A stretch of DNA of 54,442 nt, filler included, from Jimgerdemannia flammicorona (taxonomy: Eukaryota), in assembly GCA_003990765.1 (NCBI GenBank). It is 3 parts of 3 records of this genome, joined end to end, with 100 filler letters (N's around TTAATTAATTAA, not from the genome) between each part and the next. Parts side by side here need not be neighbours in the genome. Positions count along the whole stretch, not along the records: positions 18,186 to 36,269 come from RBNJ01002312.1; positions 36,370 to 54,442 come from RBNJ01002313.1; 1 more part is not named here. One strand, 5' to 3'. The notes below the pieces were generated by a model, which was given only the letters and a program-made list of their open reading frames with translations, searched no databases and was not told the origin of the DNA. Made by a program: the position numbers and the translations under genes. This document shows positions 27,401 to 38,203 of the stretch, one piece after another. Position 1 is the stretch's first letter; each line of letters starts with the position of its first letter.

Positions 27401-28416
27401 ACCGTAGCCGACGAATTAGACATTTTGATGGGTGCCCTCCTGGAAGTCGTTGAGAAGTCCTCGCCACATCACGCGCGGCTCATCGAAAATACACTCAGCA
27501 AAGCTGATCTTCAGGCAATGCTTATCGAGCTTGACACACGGTACAAATACTACGAGCCCAAAATTGTGGAAAAGATCGACGAGACGAGACAGGCAGCCAG
27601 TAATTTATCGGATGACTGGAGGGTGGAAGAGCGGCTGGGGATCGTTTCCGAACAATGGGCAGAGCTACAAGCTTTAGCAGCCGCCAAAAAGGAAGAAATA
27701 CTACGCTGTATCGAGAGACTCGAGCATCCTTACTTCTCGCTTCATTCGTCTCTCAAGCCCACAACCATAGCTCCTAGGTCTCGCAAGATCTCTGTGCCGA
27801 GGGCCAAAGCACCGGCTCGTGACACGTTGTCGCCACCACCTGCGGGCGGCAGACCCCGTACGACAGGGGCCGTCCGAGGAGCAGGAAGCAACCTCAAGAC
27901 CACGACAGTCGCCGCAGGGGCAAAGCGTCGTGTGAGTTCAAAGCCAGCACTTCCAGCGTCTACCAGCGACAGTTCGAAGCCAGAGGCATCAAAGACAGCA
28001 AAGAGTCCTCCCCGTGGCCGCGCTTCACATACTCCGCGACGGCCTTCACGAACCCCGGCGGCGCCAAATCATTACGTGGCGGATCCCAAGAACGATCTCG
28101 ATATGCTTCTAGCACGCATCGTTAATGAAATGCCCCACAAAGTTACTGTTAAGATGGTCCCAGGTGAAGTTGGCAAATACTGGTTTGGAGATGTCGATCC
28201 CAAATTGGCCTATTGCCGCGTCCTGAGAGGAGGCATGGTGATGGTTCGTGTTGGTGGTGGTTGGGAAGAGCTGTCCAAGTAAGTATTACCGTTTCACAAT
28301 GTTGGTACATTTATTGACTGGTTAATGGGTTTTGCGTTTGACTAATCAACACCTCCTTGCTTCGAATTTTAGGTTTCTGATGGGTAAGCTTCAACTTTTC
28401 TCCATTGGTTTGCCCT

Positions 28417-28452
<36 letters not shown>

Positions 28453-29030
28453 CAATCATTGCTTACGACTCAGACAATAACCTGAAGTCCCACTCTTACA
28501 AATCCGTTGACAATGCTGTATTTACAGATCATGGAGCGATTGAAGGGAAATTCACCCCAACCCCGAAGGTAGGTCATCCTCACAAATCGCCAATTCCCTT
28601 TTATTTACCAAGTATTGATTTTATTTTATTTTTTTTTCCTGGTATTTACTCTCTGAACTCTTACCAGTCTTCTGGGAAAGCACGATCCGAAGCCGGTGAT
28701 GACGACACAGCAAGTACAGCGTCTGAGGGATCCGCGTATCAAGATGGTTTCCTCACCGCCATGCGTGCAAGCTCGACCTCGCCGTCTCCGTCCGCGTTCT
28801 CTCCGATTGGATCGTCCCGCAGCACACCGCGGTCGTCCCTCACACCCAAGTCTCCCGGATTGCGCCCCATCTCTCCCGGTAACTTGCTAAGTCCCCAGCC
28901 CACGTACCAGGGCAAGAAGGAAGGGGATAAGTTCAGCTTCTTGGATGGCACAGGCCATAGCGTTTTGGTCAGAATGAAGAAGGCCAAGGATACCGACGTG
29001 TCGCCAGTCATACCGAGGAAGAAGGATTAG
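18483..29030 (+). CDS. Spectraplakin-like cytoskeletal crosslinker, ~3348 aa: tandem calponin-homology actin-binding domain, long spectrin-like helical rod, C-terminal GAR (Gas2) domain. Exons 18483-18968, 19133-28278, 28373-28383, 28528-28568, 28668-29030
   Basis: CH1: EEVQKKSLTKWVN, DLKDGKRLLKLL, EDIVNGDVKKTLALIF. CH2: AKSALLQWV, WRSGLAF, LGIPELLDPED-type motif, PDEPSVMMYV. GAR: GKYWFGD...CRVLRGGMVMVRVGGGWEELSKFLMDH. All four introns are GT-AG and keep frame (10047 nt total). Confidence 0.9.
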
Positions 29031-30050
29031 TTATTTCATTTGCGAAGGAAAGGGAAGAAGCCTTTGGCTTATGGATTGATTAACCCCTCCCCCCCCTTTT
29101 TTTTTTTTTTTTTTTTTTATTTTTTTTTTTTTTTTTTTTTTTTTTTTCAATTTTTTTTCATTTTTCATTTTTCTTTTTCAATTTGAATGGGTTCAGTAGA
29201 TTTCCTTTTCTTGTTTGATCGGGATTGGGAAGGAAACGTTGATAGTGCTGGTAGATTTTTCGTCAATGAATATTGCACGCGGAAGGGGGATAAAAATTGC
29301 AAAAAACTAAAAATTTCCTTCACATTGGGTCGTATCTGTTTTTCCTCATCACATCACTTGCGCTCATATAATCCATCCTATCCATTCTATCCAATTTCCT
29401 TTTCATAGCTCGTGTGTTCATTTTCAATACACAGCTTTATTTTGCGGCCGTTTCCTTTTCTTTTTTCACTCATTGTGTTCATATGGTATCTGCCTTTACG
29501 CGGTTTTGAGGACACGGTTGGAAAGTCATTAACCTAGACAAAAGTCATCCTGTTTCAATTGGTCGTATAATTTTCTTTCTCGTGTGCGCGAACACTCTTC
29601 TTCCTCTCTTGGTTTGGTCGGTTGTGGAGTTCGAAAGATCCTGGAGGTGGTTTCCTTCTGATATTTTCAGGAAACGAAAAACATGGTTTGTATCCTTCCG
29701 CTCGATGGAGGTGGTAATTCATGAACATTTTGAAGTTGATGACTTTAGGTTGTTTCGACGTACGTGTTTTCTATGTACGCTTGTCTTTCGTGTATATATT
29801 TTAGCTTCCGCTGCAACAGCATATCATACCTGTGGCGTGGTATATCAATGTCATTTCGCGGCTTGTCTATGTAATAAAAAATATCGCGTTTTCTTCGACC
29901 TTATAACACCATATCCAATCACCTGGTCCCATCATACCCTTCGTTCTGCAGGAACCATGGCAATGCAGAGTCTATCTTCCCGCTCTACATCACCTTTCCG
30001 ATACCCATCGAACTCAGTAGCTACTGCGCACAATGGATCCTTTTCCTTAT

Positions 30051-30179
30051 TTACAGGCCCCGGTTGACCGAGCGGCGAGAAGGCTCTTTCGGGTTCTTCT
30101 GCGTTAACGGTTGGTCCTGTGCTGGATGAGATTAGGTCGAGAGTTTTTAACTTTCATGATGGAAAGAGTTGTCCACGCG

Positions 30180-30210
<31 letters not shown>

Positions 30211-30569
30211 GTTTTTGATGCATAGATGCGTACATTGCGCGGCACCCTTCGATAGATTCGTCTGATCTTCCATCCTGATGCGCTGCCTACTCTCCGTGTA
30301 TTTTTTCGCTGTGACGTAGGCTGTGATGCCACCTTCAGCGGATTGTTTAGGGGAGGGGTTGATGTTCAGTACATGAAAGGATGGGATAGAGCTAGTAAAA
30401 GGCTATGATCCGAGACTGTGCGTTACCTAGACCGAGAAAGAACCTATGTAGACGGGGGTGGTTGAGGACATGATAAGGATGGTGGTGAGATTTTGATAGA
30501 TTATGGGTAGGAAGGAGTTGTTGTGGCATACCAAGCTTTGAGGATGTTCCTTGGGTTGTTGAGGTTCAT
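30051..30569 (-). CDS. Small 74-aa protein with one hydrophobic segment, DUF4748-like. Exons 30569-30532, 30443-30427, 30332-30234, 30121-30051
   Basis: Splicing three GT-AG introns gives MNLNNPRNILKAWFFLGLGGITAYVTAKKYTESRQRIRMEDQTNLSKGAAQSQDQPLTQKNPKEPSRRSVNRGL*. The N-terminus resembles the fungal DUF4748 pattern, recalled from memory. Not present in the ORF track. Confidence 0.75.
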
Positions 30570-30619
30570 GGTTACGAAAGCTCTACTCTATTATGGATCC
30601 TATTCTGGACTTGAGTGCC

Positions 30620-30639
30620 TTCCACGTGGCCATGTGGAA
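30620..30639. promoter_or_regulatory. Near-palindrome with E-box (CACGTG) in the 121-bp bidirectional promoter
   Basis: TTCCACGTGGCCATGTGGAA lies between the divergent ATGs at 30569 and 30691. Confidence 0.45.
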
Positions 30640-30690
30640 TGCCAAGCCACACCACCCTCTTTGCTCTACCTCTCTTACCAATCCAGCAAA

Positions 30691-31750
30691 ATGTACTCCA
30701 ACAAGTCTATGGGCTCCACTGCCCTCAAGCGCTTAATGACCGAGTATAAGGGTGAGTCCCAGAAAGCTTCCATTCCGTTTGCATCTCAGACACATCATTA
30801 ACAGCCTAACACAACCTTTAATTCCCTTTCAGAGCTGACCTTGAATGCTCCAGAGGGTATCACGGCCGGTAGGTTGCTCGACACGCTATAGATCTGACAT
30901 TTCGGACGTTCTTTACCCTAACGTATTCCATTGCGCCGCACCGTTCTCAGGTCCCGTTACGGAAGACAGCTTCTTCGAGTGGGAAGCTCTTATCGCGTAA
31001 GTCGTGGGTTACGACGCACGTCTTCAAACCTTGTACTCGTTCAGTCTGTTAATATCTGCATTTGCCTTCGATCAATAGAGGCCCAGAAGGCACTCCTTAC
31101 GAAGGTGGCATCTTCCCCGCCACTCTCACCTTCCCACGCGACTACCCACTCAGCCCGCCCGCCATGAAATTCACATGCGACATGTTCCATCCCAATGGTA
31201 TTTCTTCTCGTCAGCATTCTCCTGTATCATTGTGAACTTACATGTTCTCACCTCCTTCCTCCCTGGGCGTGTGGAAAATAACCCCTGAACTCTGTCAACA
31301 GTCTATGCCGATGGCACCGTCTGCATCTCGATCCTGCACCCTCCAGGCGACGATCCCAACATGTACGAGACCAGCTCAGAGCGGTGGAGTCCCGTGCAGA
31401 GCGTGGAAAAGATCCTGCTGAGCGTCGTGAGCATGCTGGCTGGTAAGTGTGATTTCCTTGGCGTCTGCAGTGGGACTGGTTGGAGGTTGCACCGGGTGTT
31501 CGCTCATCATACAATTAACATCTCGCGGCACATGTCTCTCCTCGTGCCTCAGAACCCAACGATGAGAGTGGCGCCAATATCGATGCATGCGTATGTATCC
31601 ATTTCTCCGACGATATTCTTAATGTCCCGTGTTACTGCCTTGTGCTCATTTTCTTCTTACTACGATGTCCTGCAGAAAATTTGGCGCGCGGACCGCAAGG
31701 AGTTTGATCGGATCGTGAGGCAGAACGTGAGGAAGACGCTCGGCGTGTGA
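30691..31750 (+). CDS. UBC7: Ubiquitin-conjugating enzyme E2, Ubc7/UBE2G2 type (171 aa). Exons 30691-30751, 30833-30868, 30951-30996, 31079-31197, 31302-31442, 31553-31590, 31676-31750
   Basis: [49 protein letters not shown] (catalytic Cys plus acidic loop), [16 protein letters not shown]. Six GT-AG introns keep frame (516 nt). Confidence 0.95.
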
Positions 31751-32228
31751 CAGAAGCGCGCGTGGGTGATGGGTTTGGCTGTGAATGGGTTCGAGTTGGG
31801 AATTAGAGATGCCTTGGGATATATACCTAAAAAAAACGCTAGTGTGGCTTTGGCAGTTGCGCGAAACATTTTAAATTTCGTTAAAGCTTCTTTTGACTTG
31901 GGATCAAGTGCTTGGCACGGGGGAATGTTGAATAGCTCAGATTGTTTGAAAGCTACTACCATGCGACAATGCTAGCACATCGGCATCTTCTACGAGGAAC
32001 TTTTGTTTCATTCTAAGAATCTATGTTTTAACACAGAAGACATGAAGGGGATAGAGAGAAAAATAGGAAAAAGAGAAAAAAAGAAAAAAAAAAGGTACGA
32101 GTTGGCCCGCCTTCAAAGTGTTCGAATTGAACTTTTTTTTTCCTGATGAGTCGCGTAGCAGTTGCCCATATTACATGAAATGAAAGAAAAAGGCCCAAAC
32201 CCCACGAGCAGCACAAACCTGACCCCCA

Positions 32229-35200
32229 CTAAAGCTCCAAAAGTTGTATCCCCCTCATAGCCGCCACCTTTTTCAACAATGCTCTTGCCTCCTCCGTCTC
32301 GAACAGCCGATCCTCCTCCTCTCGCCTCGCACCTCCCACCGTCGTCACTTGGCCCTTCCCTTGTGTCCCCACAGCGGCCTCCTCCCCAGCCCTGCTCCTC
32401 AGCCTTCTGAACACCTCTGTATCGTCCATACCGAGTACACGATGGACGCGAGTCAGGTCGGGTACGGGCTCAATCTCAAGAGCAGCGAGCACATTCGTCA
32501 GGTACCCTATATCGGTGGCGAGCTGGCGGGCTCCCTGAGGCGACAGGGAGGGCACGCGCAGGATTTGGTCGAGTAACGCATACATCGTCCCGCGTGAAAG
32601 CGATGTATACCAGAGGTGGGTGACCTCCTCGGCGGTGATAGTGGGCGCAGGCGGCGCGGTGGGGGGTGGTTTCGCGACGGACGCGGAGCGCGACCGCGAG
32701 CCGGGAAAGATTGACGGGGAGGGCAGGGTCACATTGACGTTGACGTCGACTGGCGCAACGCCGTCGTCCGTTTCCCGCTCACCCACAAACTCGGCTGTGT
32801 CCTCCCCCTGCTGTTTTGTCTCGTCTTTATTCGCTGGGGCCCCATCCTCGTCCGCGAATGGCAGCCCCTCGACGCCGAACGCGAGCGCGTCGCGATCGAT
32901 GGCGTAGACTTCGAACTGCTGCGGCAACGTGAGCAACTGCTCGCCGACGCTGGTGATGTAGGGGGATGGTGAGAGGCTGAACTGTGGGATCTCGAGGTTG
33001 AACGGGCTGCGACCCTGGCGTCCGCCAAGCGAGGATGTGTCGTCCGCGGTCCAGACAGCGTTCATGGCCGCGACGCCGGTGAGGTGCCTGACGATGGGGA
33101 CGTGGACGGTGTCGAAGACGAAGCGCTGACAGGCGCGGGTGAACCCGGTGAGGGCGAGCGATGCACTGGACAAGAGCGCTTGGCCCGGCTGGTCGAACAC
33201 CGATAGCAACCGCCCGAGTTCGTAGCTGTTGAGTGACGACTGACGTAAGAGTGACAACGACGCCTTGGGGCCGACCTGGCTCTGCGGGGACACGTGTCCA
33301 TACAGGTGCGGGTGTGCGCCGACGCCAGCAATGGTGGGCGGGACGGGGGTGCCTCCTCCGTCGGACCTGACGAGGCTCTCTCGCCTGGAGTGGCGGGGGG
33401 AGAGCGGGGCGATGAGGCTCTCACGACGGTCACCGCGCGGTATGATGCTCTCGCGGCGAGCGCGGTCGACAAACGGGTGTTCGTCGTCATCGCCCTCGGC
33501 GCCGGGGTCTTCGATGAGCGACCGCGTCGAGCCCAGGGCCTTGCGCGCCCTGTCCTCAAGCGCCGTGAGCCGAGCGGCCATCCCACGGCACGCCGCCAGC
33601 AGCCGCAAGCCGAGCTGGAAGTTAGACCATTCGCCTTGCTCGAGCTCGTCCTCGTCGAAATCAAAGTCCGAGTCGTCTGCACGGTCCATAGAGATGCGTC
33701 TATCCGGCTTGGTTGCCGCCCGACCTTTCGTTCCCACCACCGCCCCGGAGCCGGTCTTCTTGACCCCCTTGCCGGCTCTTTTGTCTGCGGCGTCCAATCC
33801 GCAATCGATCCTGACCTGCCCGAGCACCTTTCCGAACTCACGCGCCGCCTCCTCAAAATATGAGTTCAGCGTGGCCACGAGCCCGGCGCCAGCAAACCCG
33901 TGTGTCAGCTCGAGGCATCGGGTGACGGCCGCGTCGGCGAGCGAGAAGACCCGTGCGACGGCCGCGTCCGCCAGGAGCTTGGCCGGGTCGGTCGCACCGG
34001 CGGTATGGGCGGGGTCAACGTGACGATCCGAGGGTTTGAGTGCGGAGGCGAGTTGGTTGGAAAGGTAGTTGTGCTCATACGCTGCGTAGTCGCGCTGGAA
34101 CTCGTGGAACGGCTCGTAGAGGATGTAGGCCCATGCGTGTGGATCGTCATGCGTCTTGGGACCGGACATAGAGAGGTGGGTCGGGTGGCCGCCCGATGTG
34201 CGGCGGAGGAGCGGGGAGGCAATGGTAGTGGCGGAATTTAGTGTCTGGGCGGTTGAGGTGTCCGGGGCGGCGACGACAGTTGGGCGTGCGAAGACGCGTT
34301 CGAGGGATGTTCCGAATTTCTCCGTGGCGACGAAGGCAGCGATAATGCGCGGGAGACACTCTTCGCCGTGATGGTCGACGACGGCGGCGAGACGGGCGGA
34401 GACGGTGGGGGCAAGGGAGGTGAAGAGGGCACGGACGAGGGATTGGGTTGTGGTGCGGGGGTCTGGGAATATGCTGCCGCACCATGCGTACTCTTCGTTG
34501 AGGACCACAAAGGATTCTTGGTAGAATCGGGAGAGAAAGTCGGTGAAGGCCGGATGGGACTGGGAAGCAGAGGAGGAGGAGGAGGAAGGGGAGGAGGAGG
34601 TGGTGATGGTGGTGGTGGTGGTTGTCGTGCTTGTGGGTTTGGCCTCGGTCGATGACCCTTCCTCCTCCATCAGCGTTTTCTCGCTCCACATCTTCACTAG
34701 CAACTCCGTCCGCGAGTCAAAATAGCAATCCATAAAATCCCCCCTGCGCTGGATCCGCTCAAAGATGACAAAGTACTTGTGGCACGCTACGGCGTCATGA
34801 TCGACCAGCGCCTGTGCAAGTTGCGGCCTGACGGCGCGCTCAAGTTCCCCCTGCAGGCGCTCAAGCAATGCGCGACGCTGCTCGTACTCTGGTGTGTTCT
34901 GGAACACGTCGAGGCTCCGTCTTGCGTCCTCTAGCCTTACGGCAGCGCGATCGTGGTCACCCGCCGCGAAGATGCGCGACGCCTCTGACTCGAGGTTGGA
35001 CCAGTTCTCAGCCTCACGTAAGGCGGCGCGGCAGGCCTCCATGCGTGACTTGACGAGGTCAAGCTGCTTAAGACGCTCGAGAGCGCGGGAGGTGTCGTTC
35101 TCGACGCGGGAAAGGTTGTTACGCACGGTCTCGACGGCCGTCTTGGTCGCCAAGGCGTCCTCCTTCATGAGCTGGAGGTCGTACAGGACCCGCGGCATGT

Positions 35201-35662
35201 TCTTGACCACGGCATCGGTCGTGTGGGTCAGCCGCGCGGAGACTTCCTGACTGAGGAGCTGTAGCTTGGTCACGAGCATGGTAGCGTGCTGGTCGGTGGG
35301 AAAGGCGGTGGTGGTGGTGGTGGTGGTGGTCGAGGTAGTGGGAGAGCGCGCGTACACGTCGACGAAGGTCTTGACGTCCTGAGTGGTGTCGACCAGGCCA
35401 GCCAGCAAGGCGTCATTCGCGTCGGGGTCCTCGCCACCAGCAGTTTCGGCGGTGGGGACGCCGGCGGTTGGACGGTTCTGGTGGAGTGCGACGGAGGAGG
35501 AGGAGCTCCCGAGGGCGAGCGAGGCGTTGATCCAATCCTTGATAACAAAGCTTGGGTCGAGGAATGCGGCGAAGTCGACGTTGCCTGCGGACGAGAAGGA
35601 ACGCTGCAATGATGGGGGGGGGGGTCGAACCTAATGTGAGAAGTTGGGTCGTCTCGAGACAT
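32229..35662 (-). CDS. COG7: Conserved oligomeric Golgi complex subunit 7, apparently single-exon; first ATG (35662) is out of frame by 1 nt in a G11 run
   Basis: DFAAFLDPSFVIKDWIN, LVTKLQLLSQEV...NMPRVLYD, FSLSPSPYITSVGEQLLTLP and QLATDIGYLTNVLAAL match the COG7 family. Confidence 0.88.
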
Positions 35663-35785
35663 GTCTGCTATAGCATTGCGGGTTCGGAGGTCGAAAAGCA
35701 CCAAAAGCTCAGAAAAAGCACGAAAAAGCACCAAAGGCTCAGAAAAAGCAAAACGCGGTCAAACGCGGGGCTAATTACGGAGGGG

Positions 35786-35797
35786 GGTGACGTCACC
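35786..35797. promoter_or_regulatory. CRE/ATF-type palindrome in the COG7-Mis18 bidirectional promoter
   Basis: Perfect 12-bp palindrome GGTGACGTCACC, with two AAACGCG motifs at ~35751-35767. Confidence 0.5.
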
Positions 35798-35913
35798 ATC
35801 ACATCACTATAGCTAGTGGCTTAATAGAATACTATTAACTTTCTATGGCTTGCTGGACAACACTTTTGATTAGACCACTCTCTCGCGTTGTTCACTCTCA
35901 TTCCACCTTGCAA

Positions 35914-36232
35914 ATGGACCCTCCTCCTCCCGCAACCCCTCCCACCGAACCCGCTGAAAACACCCAGCCCTCCACTGAACCCCAGGAGATCGACGCCCCC
36001 CTCGTCTTCCAGTGCGCCAGCTGTAGCACTATCGTCGCAGACTCTTTCGCCTGGTTCGAGTCACAACAGCTCCTCAAGACAATCACCCTGTATGGTGAGC
36101 TTTTCAAGTATCAACCTGTAACTCTGGTGCTCCAGTTCTAATATTTGCTATCGCATTTTGCCCAGCGCAACCGAGCAACGTGACCGTCAGCACCGAACTC
36201 GCCTTCTCAAGCGCCGGTGCTGATCTTGGAAG
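35914..36232 (+). CDS. MIS18: Mis18-like Yippee-domain centromere protein, 5' part only (exons 35914-36094, 36166-36232), cut by the gap
   Basis: PLVFQCASCSTIVADSFAW matches the Mis18 N-terminal CxxC zinc motif. One GT-AG intron, and a second donor at 36233. Confidence 0.75.
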
Positions 36233-36269
36233 GTAACGTCCTCGCGTGCGTTTTTTTTTTTTTACAAAA

Positions 36270-36369
36270 NNNNNNNNNNNNNNNNNNNNNNNNNNNNNNN
36301 NNNNNNNNNNNNNTTAATTAATTAANNNNNNNNNNNNNNNNNNNNNNNNNNNNNNNNNNNNNNNNNNNN
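36270..36369. other. Artificial contig spacer (N run with TTAATTAATTAA)
   Basis: Same design as 18086-18185. Confidence 0.97.
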
Positions 36370-37147
36370 AATGCCAAAGGGGTCCAGGCCAGGATCTGTG
36401 GCCTAGTGGTTGGCAAGGAGTTGGAATTGGTGAGGAGTGGGACTGGCATGGGGTTTGGACCTGGAGTGCCACAGTGAAAAATTGGATGCCGCCGAAGTAT
36501 TAGGTAGTCTGGTGGCATGTACTGAGGAGGAATGTGATGCTTAACTTCTGCTCAGGACACCTTGTTGTAGGGAGCTGCTTTGACTGTGAGGAGTGCCATA
36601 ATGTCGGACAGGAAGGGGGATTGGTACAGATGCTGGAACATTGGCTAGGGGAGTGTAAGGTGTTGGGAGACTTTTGGCAGGCTATTGGAGACCGCTTGGG
36701 GGTAAGGTGTAGGGGTGATGATGTACAGGAGAGGTGGGAGGACCTGAGGGATTGATTGATAGGAGGGGATAGGGAAGAGTGGATTACTCTAGGCTGGACA
36801 TTAGCTATTTGGGTTGGGCTGGCCGGCCACTGGCTATTTGTATTTGAGGAGGAGAAGTGACTGAGCTTGGGGAGCCAGTTAGCAAGGTGGCAGTTCCTTA
36901 TGGAGGATACCTTGACAGGCTGGTGGCTTGGTTGGGGGCTGCAGGGGGGTCAGAGGCACCACTTAATGGTGAAAATTTGTAGTCAGAGTGGTGGGAGAGT
37001 TGGAGTTATTGGTGAGAGAGTGGTCTTTATATGTGATGAGGTGGGGTGGGGCCACCCGATGGGGATCGGATAGGGGGTGGTGATATTGTATACTTATTCA
37101 TAGACTGGTAATAAAGACAGAGTCCAAGGGACTATAAAAAAAAAAAG
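36370..37147 (+). mobile_element. LINE copy 3, 3' end with poly(A) tail
   Basis: CEECHNVGQEGG...EHWLGEC is homologous to the copy 1 ORF2 C-terminus. AATAAA at ~37110 and an A run at 37136-37147. Confidence 0.9.
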
Positions 37148-37194
37148 ATATAAAGCTAAATATAAATTCCAGTAACTAAAACTACTAAGTTCCA

Positions 37195-37392
37195 GGACTG
37201 GCATTATTTAGTGTTACATCAAAATACCAGTGCTGGAATAATTTCGTGTCACCTCAGAATACCGGTGCTGGTATTATCCAGTGTTATATAAGAATACTGG
37301 TGCTGGCATTATCCAGTGTTACATGAGAATACTGGTGCTGGCATTATCTAGTGTTACATGAGAATACCAGTGCTGGCATTATCTAGTATAAC
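37195..37392. repeat. ~35-bp tandem array, ~5.5 copies, inside LTR family 2 U3
   Basis: Unit GAATACTGGTGCTGGCATTATCCAGTGTTACATGA. Confidence 0.9.
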
Positions 37393-37399
37393 AAAGAAC

Positions 37400-38203
37400 T
37401 TAGAGCAGAAAGTTCAGGATTATGGGGGCTTCATCATCATCATCACTGAAGGAGATGAGATCCGTGAATTCATCGTTTTCATGTACTTCGATGTTATGCA
37501 GGATGATGTCATTGATGACATCATCACGTTCAGCTGTGGTGGAAAAATCAGGGACAAGGTCTGGAGCTCTCCAGTCTATGAGATTCTCTTCAACAAAATA
37601 AGGAACAAATGTGGGGTCTTGGGGAGATCTAACCCAGATGCTTGGGCCTTGGAATACTGAGATCAATCCTTGCAGGAATTGATCTGGGTTGTCCTGAAGG
37701 ATAGGGTGCCAGAAGTCTTCTACTTCTTCGCTGTTGAGGGTGATAGTGGACTGGGCTTCTGTAGCCACCCTGACTTCTAGTGCATTGATATGGTAGGATG
37801 ATAGGTCTCTGAAATCTGAGACTCTAACATACTCCAAGTTGGGGATCGACTATGGTGCATGCCTGAAGATCTGATGGATCTTCCTAGCTATCCTTGTTTC
37901 GTGTATATCCATGGGAGTGGCATCTTGTAGCTCTTGGGTACTGGCCTGTGGGAACTCCCGGCAGAGGAGGTTTCCTATTTTGTACTCCTACCATATTTGG
38001 AGGCATTCGGTAGCAATGGTGATCCTTGTTTCCATTTTGTAGTGGTATAGAATAAAGTGATAAGGGTCTGCAGTACTCAGGTTGACACTAGGAGTCCTTC
38101 TTAAGTGGGTCCTTATGGCTCTTCTGATGTCTTGGAACATCCTTTACTCAACCAAGATACCTTGGTGATTTCTTGACCTTGAGGTTTGGCAGGCAGCAGG
38201 CAT
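37400..38203 (-). pseudogene. U3-embedded accessory ORF of LTR family 2 (267 codons plus stop, three internal stops, no frameshift)
   Basis: AAACAAAATG start and TATAAAAG ~80 bp upstream. Reads MPAACQTS...EYKIGNLL...IARKIHQIF...SIPNLEYVRVSDF...DDDDEAPIILNFLL*. Confidence 0.78.

Noticed and set aside
28419..29185. Long poly(T) tracts at 28420-28452 and 29097-29185
   Set aside because: Ordinary intronic and 3' UTR homopolymers. The poly-Phe in ORF 28332-29030 is intron sequence.
29582..30067. 161-aa plus-strand ORF and a possible minus-strand exon chain at 29560-30050
   Set aside because: GTG start, no recognisable domain, and I could not build a convincing spliced model. Probably 3' UTR or intergenic DNA.
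37195..37392. CRISPR-like appearance of the repeat arrays (also 17486-17770 and 53563-53675)
   Set aside because: Units are head-to-tail with no unique spacers, there are no cas genes, and the context is eukaryotic.
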